Positions 61,189 through 64,000 of a stretch of DNA of 64,000 nucleotides are shown one piece after another; within the stretch, counting starts at the first letter, position 1, and the number at the start of each line of letters is the position of its first letter. Source of the stretch: Klebsiella phage vB_KaeM_KaOmega; sequence record MN013077.1. One strand, written 5' to 3'. Below the pieces are notes generated by a model, which saw only the letters and a list, made by a program, of their open reading frames with translations, searched no databases and was not told where the DNA came from. The position numbers and the translations under genes are program-made.

Positions 61189-61258
61189 AACTAAAGGGTT
61201 TTCGAAATGGTAGCGCTGCCGCTCTGCAAACCCACACGCAAAGCTGCGAGAACCCTTT
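61189..61258 (+). ncRNA. structured RNA element: 10-bp inverted repeat CTAAAGGGTT...AACCCTTTAG enclosing a CTGCAAA loop-like segment; not a canonical tRNA
   Basis: seen in sequence between two tRNAs; no T-loop. Confidence 0.3.
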
Positions 61259-61261
61259 AGT

Positions 61262-61337
61262 GTGGCCTTAATTCAGTAGGTAGAATCCCCGGTTGTGAAC
61301 CGGGCAGTCGTGGGTTCAAGTCCCACAGGTCACCCCA
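61262..61337 (+). tRNA. tRNA-His (anticodon GTG; discriminator C)
   Basis: anticodon stem CCCGG/CCGGG with loop TTGTGAA; T-loop GGTTCAAGTCC; C73 then CCA. Confidence 0.8.
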
Positions 61338-61350
61338 ATTTGAGGTGTTT

Positions 61351-62016
61351 ATGAACGAAATGATGATCGTCTCTTCCCCGCAAGGAGGCAAGTATCTTCC
61401 CCCTCCGGCCCCGACGGGGTATCAATTTTTGGCAGTAGCCGACAACTCCATGACTCCCGACCTGGCAGGAAACAAAATCTCCACTAACAGAAGCGGGGTG
61501 AGTAAAGATGTTGTGGACGGTCACGATGTTATACTGAACACTCAGGGCGGCTTCATCCAATACAATTACGGATTGAACCTGTCCGCTATCAGACGTGGAG
61601 CCAGGATAGACACTATGGTGTATCTTGATCCTGCTGTAGATTTTTACCCCTCCGGCTTATACCCCACGATGGTAGGTTTCGCAGGCATCGACACCCTAGA
61701 TTATTGGTCCTTCGGTGTCAAATTTTTAAATGGGGCCACTGTTCTTTGCTTCTATGTATGGGACGGCTCCAATCCGGTACAACTCAACAGTACAGTTCCT
61801 ATCAACAAGGGCTGGCACCTATTGAGCTACGAAATGAAAGCAGACGGCGTTCATTTGTATGTCGATGAGAAAGAAGTGTTGTTCCGGGCAGTAAGTAACA
61901 CCGAATTTCAAACTTGGTCAAATGCCCAAGGTGGAGTTTCAGCCTCTCCTCTGACCCTTTTCAGAGCAGCAGGTCAACTTCTCCGCACAAGAACAGCTTG
62001 GACAAGTATCAAATAA
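61351..62016 (+). CDS. hypothetical protein (221 aa) embedded in the tRNA cluster
   Basis: ORF track 61345..62016 (GTG); ATG at 61351 with GAGGTG RBS-like sequence. Confidence 0.6.
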   Translation: MNEMMIVSSPQGGKYLPPPAPTGYQFLAVADNSMTPDLAGNKISTNRSGVSKDVVDGHDVILNTQGGFIQYNYGLNLSAIRRGARIDTMVYLDPAVDFYPSGLYPTMVGFAGIDTLDYWSFGVKFLNGATVLCFYVWDGSNPVQLNSTVPINKGWHLLSYEMKADGVHLYVDEKEVLFRAVSNTEFQTWSNAQGGVSASPLTLFRAAGQLLRTRTAWTSIK

Positions 62017-62027
62017 TGGAAGATAGG

Positions 62028-62110
62028 GCGTAGTGGTACGCACCCGGATTTGAACCCCGGCCCGCTGTGGCGACCCCACGGTGATAGTTCGACTCTATTA
62101 TCTTCCGCCA
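62028..62110 (+). tRNA. tRNA-Ser (anticodon TGA), type II
   Basis: acceptor GGAAGAT/ATCTTCC-G-CCA resembling E. coli tRNA-Ser(UGA); loop TTTGAAC; long variable arm. Confidence 0.65.
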
Positions 62111-62114
62111 ATTT

Positions 62115-62201
62115 AGAAGAGTGGCGAAATAGGTAGCCGCACCGGACTGCTAATCCGGGGTCCCTCGGGGCCTGAGAGTTCAAGTCTCTCCTCTTCTGCC
62201 A
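62115..62201 (+). tRNA. tRNA-Ser (anticodon GCT), type II
   Basis: anticodon stem CCGGA/TCCGG with loop CTGCTAA; long variable arm; T-loop GAGTTCAAGTCTCTC; CCA. Confidence 0.8.
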
Positions 62202-62206
62202 AACAT

Positions 62207-62282
62207 GGAACTGTAGCTCAGTTGGTAGAGCGGTTGCCTGAAGAGCAGCGCGTCAGCGGTTCAAATCCGTTCAGTTCCACCA
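62207..62282 (+). tRNA. tRNA-Phe (anticodon GAA)
   Basis: TAGCTCAGTTGGTAGAGC; loop CTGAAGA; T-loop GGTTCAAATCC; CCA. Confidence 0.85.
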
Positions 62283-62322
62283 AATTCCAATAAGAATAAA
62301 ATATCTCCTCTCCTTCGCCTCA

Positions 62323-62352
62323 GTGCCCTCCCTTCGTGGAGGGCTTTTTTAT
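62323..62352 (+). terminator. terminator GCCCTCCCTTCGTGGAGGGC + TTTTTT at the end of the tRNA cluster
   Basis: seen in sequence. Confidence 0.75.
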
Positions 62353-62392
62353 TTGTACTTTCGGTGATAAAATACTCGAAAGGAGGATTCAA

Positions 62393-63217
62393 ATGCTTGA
62401 ACTTTTAGCGATGACTGGCAAAAAGTACGACCCTGACCCGACAGACGTGCAAGGTCAGGTTTTCTTCACCGCCACTTCAGGAACTGATTGGACGGTTCCA
62501 GAGGGTGTCTATGCTATATCTGTTGTCTGTATTGGAGGAGGACAACCATCCGGATCAGGAAACACTTATGGTAAGAACGGCGGGGATCTCCGATGGAAGA
62601 ATAAGATTCCCGTCACCCCTGGTGAAATTCTGAGAATCCGGGCATCTGTTGCAACACCATATACATCAACATCAGGCCAAGCATCCAACATAGTCAGGAA
62701 AGACACTGGTGAAATTCTTCTTCAGGCAGGAGGGGGAGGAAATACCGTGGAGGTATCAACTCCGCTTGGTGGTGATGTTGGCGGCGGTAACGGAGGAAAA
62801 GGTAACGGGAGAGGCGGCGGCGGCGCTGGAGGTTATACTGGAGATGGCGGGATGGGAGAGATGAATGGTACTTCCGGTCAGCCCGGTTCAGGAGGCGGCG
62901 GAGGAGGAGGGTCTTACTACCGTTACAACACAAACTATTATGGCGCTGGAGGAGGTGGTACAGGTGTCCACGGACAAGGTAACAACGGTAGCGGAGGTAC
63001 TTCAGGAACAAATCCTTCCGCAGCAGGGGGAAGGTATGGCAGTTGGTTCTCAACAACACCTACGGCACAGAGACCAACGATAGGCAACGGACCTAACGCA
63101 GGGGATTTCGGAGGCGGAGCGGGAGGATCATCTGGTTATAATGGTTCCAGAGGTGCTGTCAGAATCATCTGGGGGAAAGGTCGTGAATTTCCTTCGACGG
63201 AGACTCAAGATGTCTAA
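62393..63217 (+). CDS. very glycine-rich protein (274 aa; runs such as GGGGGGGS, GGGNGGKGNGRGGGGAGG)
   Basis: ORF track 62336..63217; ATG at 62393 with AAAGGAGGATTC RBS-like sequence. Confidence 0.65.
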   Translation: MLELLAMTGKKYDPDPTDVQGQVFFTATSGTDWTVPEGVYAISVVCIGGGQPSGSGNTYGKNGGDLRWKNKIPVTPGEILRIRASVATPYTSTSGQASNIVRKDTGEILLQAGGGGNTVEVSTPLGGDVGGGNGGKGNGRGGGGAGGYTGDGGMGEMNGTSGQPGSGGGGGGGSYYRYNTNYYGAGGGGTGVHGQGNNGSGGTSGTNPSAAGGRYGSWFSTTPTAQRPTIGNGPNAGDFGGGAGGSSGYNGSRGAVRIIWGKGREFPSTETQDV

Positions 63218-63581
63218 TTTCTTCATCAGGTATAAGAAGTATCTTATCGGCATCGGGGTTGCGATCCTGTTGCTGTTCTCCTTTAACTGGTACGTTGGCA
63301 CCAAGGAGTCTGCGGCATACGACCGTGGTTTCCAGTCTGCAAACGTTCAGTGGGAGAAAAAAGGCAAAGAGTACGTGGACCTTATCGACAAAGGTAAGGC
63401 CGAGAACACGGCTCTTAACGAAGAACTGGCCCGGGTGTCTGAGGAAAAGCGTAAACTCGAAGAGGCCCGCCGTCATAATGTAAACGACAAACAGATAGAA
63501 TACAACAAGACTGAAGCCGCCCGGAAGAAAGGGTTGGATGATGACTTTGTGGATCTGTATAATGAATCTTTGGGGGGCTGA
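63210..63581 (+). CDS. inner-membrane spanin (Rz-like): N-terminal TM plus coiled-coil periplasmic domain
   Basis: ORF track 63141..63581; ATG at 63210; TM helix LIGIGVAILLLFSF followed by a charged helical region. Confidence 0.6.
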   Translation: MSNFFIRYKKYLIGIGVAILLLFSFNWYVGTKESAAYDRGFQSANVQWEKKGKEYVDLIDKGKAENTALNEELARVSEEKRKLEEARRHNVNDKQIEYNKTEAARKKGLDDDFVDLYNESLGG

Positions 63582-63895
63582 TGAGGAAGTTCATTCTCGG
63601 AATGTTCATGGTTCTGGCACTGTCAGCGTGTAGCAACAAAGACAGAATCCCAGAGGTGGCCTTTAAGGGCACCACGGTAGAAGACCTTGTAGACAAGCCG
63701 GACCGAGAGTTGATGCGTAAGGCTCCACCAAAGCAGTACCTCAAAAAAGGTACAGACAACGGTGAAGGCGCGGTTGTTATAAGTAACAACAACTTGCGGG
63801 CAGGGACAGTTGAGCGCAGGCTCGAAGACCTCCAGCAATACGTCTGCAACCTCTTCAAAGACCCGGTTGGGGAAGTCTGCGAAAAGGGTAAGTGA
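63581..63895 (+). CDS. outer-membrane lipoprotein spanin (Rz1-like); lipobox LALSAC
   Basis: signal peptide with lipobox and Cys; ATGA-coupled to the Rz-like gene. Confidence 0.6.
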   Translation: MRKFILGMFMVLALSACSNKDRIPEVAFKGTTVEDLVDKPDRELMRKAPPKQYLKKGTDNGEGAVVISNNNLRAGTVERRLEDLQQYVCNLFKDPVGEVCEKGK

Positions 63896-63904
63896 TTGTG
63901 CCAA

Positions 63905-63938
63905 AAGGCTCTCCATTCGTGGAGGGCCTTTTCTTTTG
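63905..63938 (+). terminator. terminator AGGCTCTCCATTCGTGGAGGGCCT + TTTCTTTT
   Basis: seen in sequence. Confidence 0.7.
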
Positions 63939-64000
63939 GGGCACTTTGTGATAATATACCTACTATCGACACATGTCAATTTCTTAATTCAGGAGAGTTA

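Noticed and set aside
1-64000. Search for CRISPR arrays, rRNA genes, integrase/transposase or IS elements
   Set aside because: No regularly spaced direct repeats of 25-40 nt were found. There are no rRNA-like segments and no recombinase/transposase motifs. The tRNA cluster is typical of lytic phages rather than an integration hotspot.

Overview
The window looks like a densely coded stretch of a large virulent dsDNA phage, with gene content resembling Felix O1-/T5-like coliphages. Layout: (a) 1-6930 is a + strand early block of about 20 small ORFs, most behind their own sigma70-like promoter (TTGACR-N17-[TCG]ATAAT) that carries a perfect GC hairpin inside the spacer. (b) 6930-8440 is a non-coding region full of iterons, palindromes and repeated 13-bp dyad sites, lying between convergent transcription units. 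(c) 8440-53660 is a block of about 100 tightly packed minus-strand genes, many with ATGA/TGATG overlaps. It encodes nucleotide metabolism (NrdA/NrdB, glutaredoxin, ThyX, dNMP kinase, 5'-nucleotidase, two MazG-like enzymes), an ATP-dependent DNA ligase, recombination and repair nucleases (endonuclease VII, RuvC-like, FEN-like 5'-3' exonuclease, DEDDh exonuclease), a Dam-type MTase, a ClpP-like protease, PhoH, an M15 endolysin, a CCA-adding enzyme, a Pth2-like hydrolase, a Pol-beta NTase, NADAR and SLOG/DprA-like proteins, and a tandem paralog family. (d) 53660-54030 is an AT-rich, GATC/iteron-rich divergent region. (e) 54030-57190 encodes a winged-helix protein followed by a Prs-like and NAMPT-like pair, resembling the NARP1 NAD+ reconstitution pathway. 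(f) 58770-62290 holds about 21 tRNA genes plus atypical tRNA-like elements. (g) 62390-63900 encodes a very glycine-rich protein and an Rz/Rz1-like spanin pair. No CRISPR arrays, rRNA genes, integrases or transposases were seen. All calls are from manual reading; start codons and tRNA folds were done by hand and need software confirmation.
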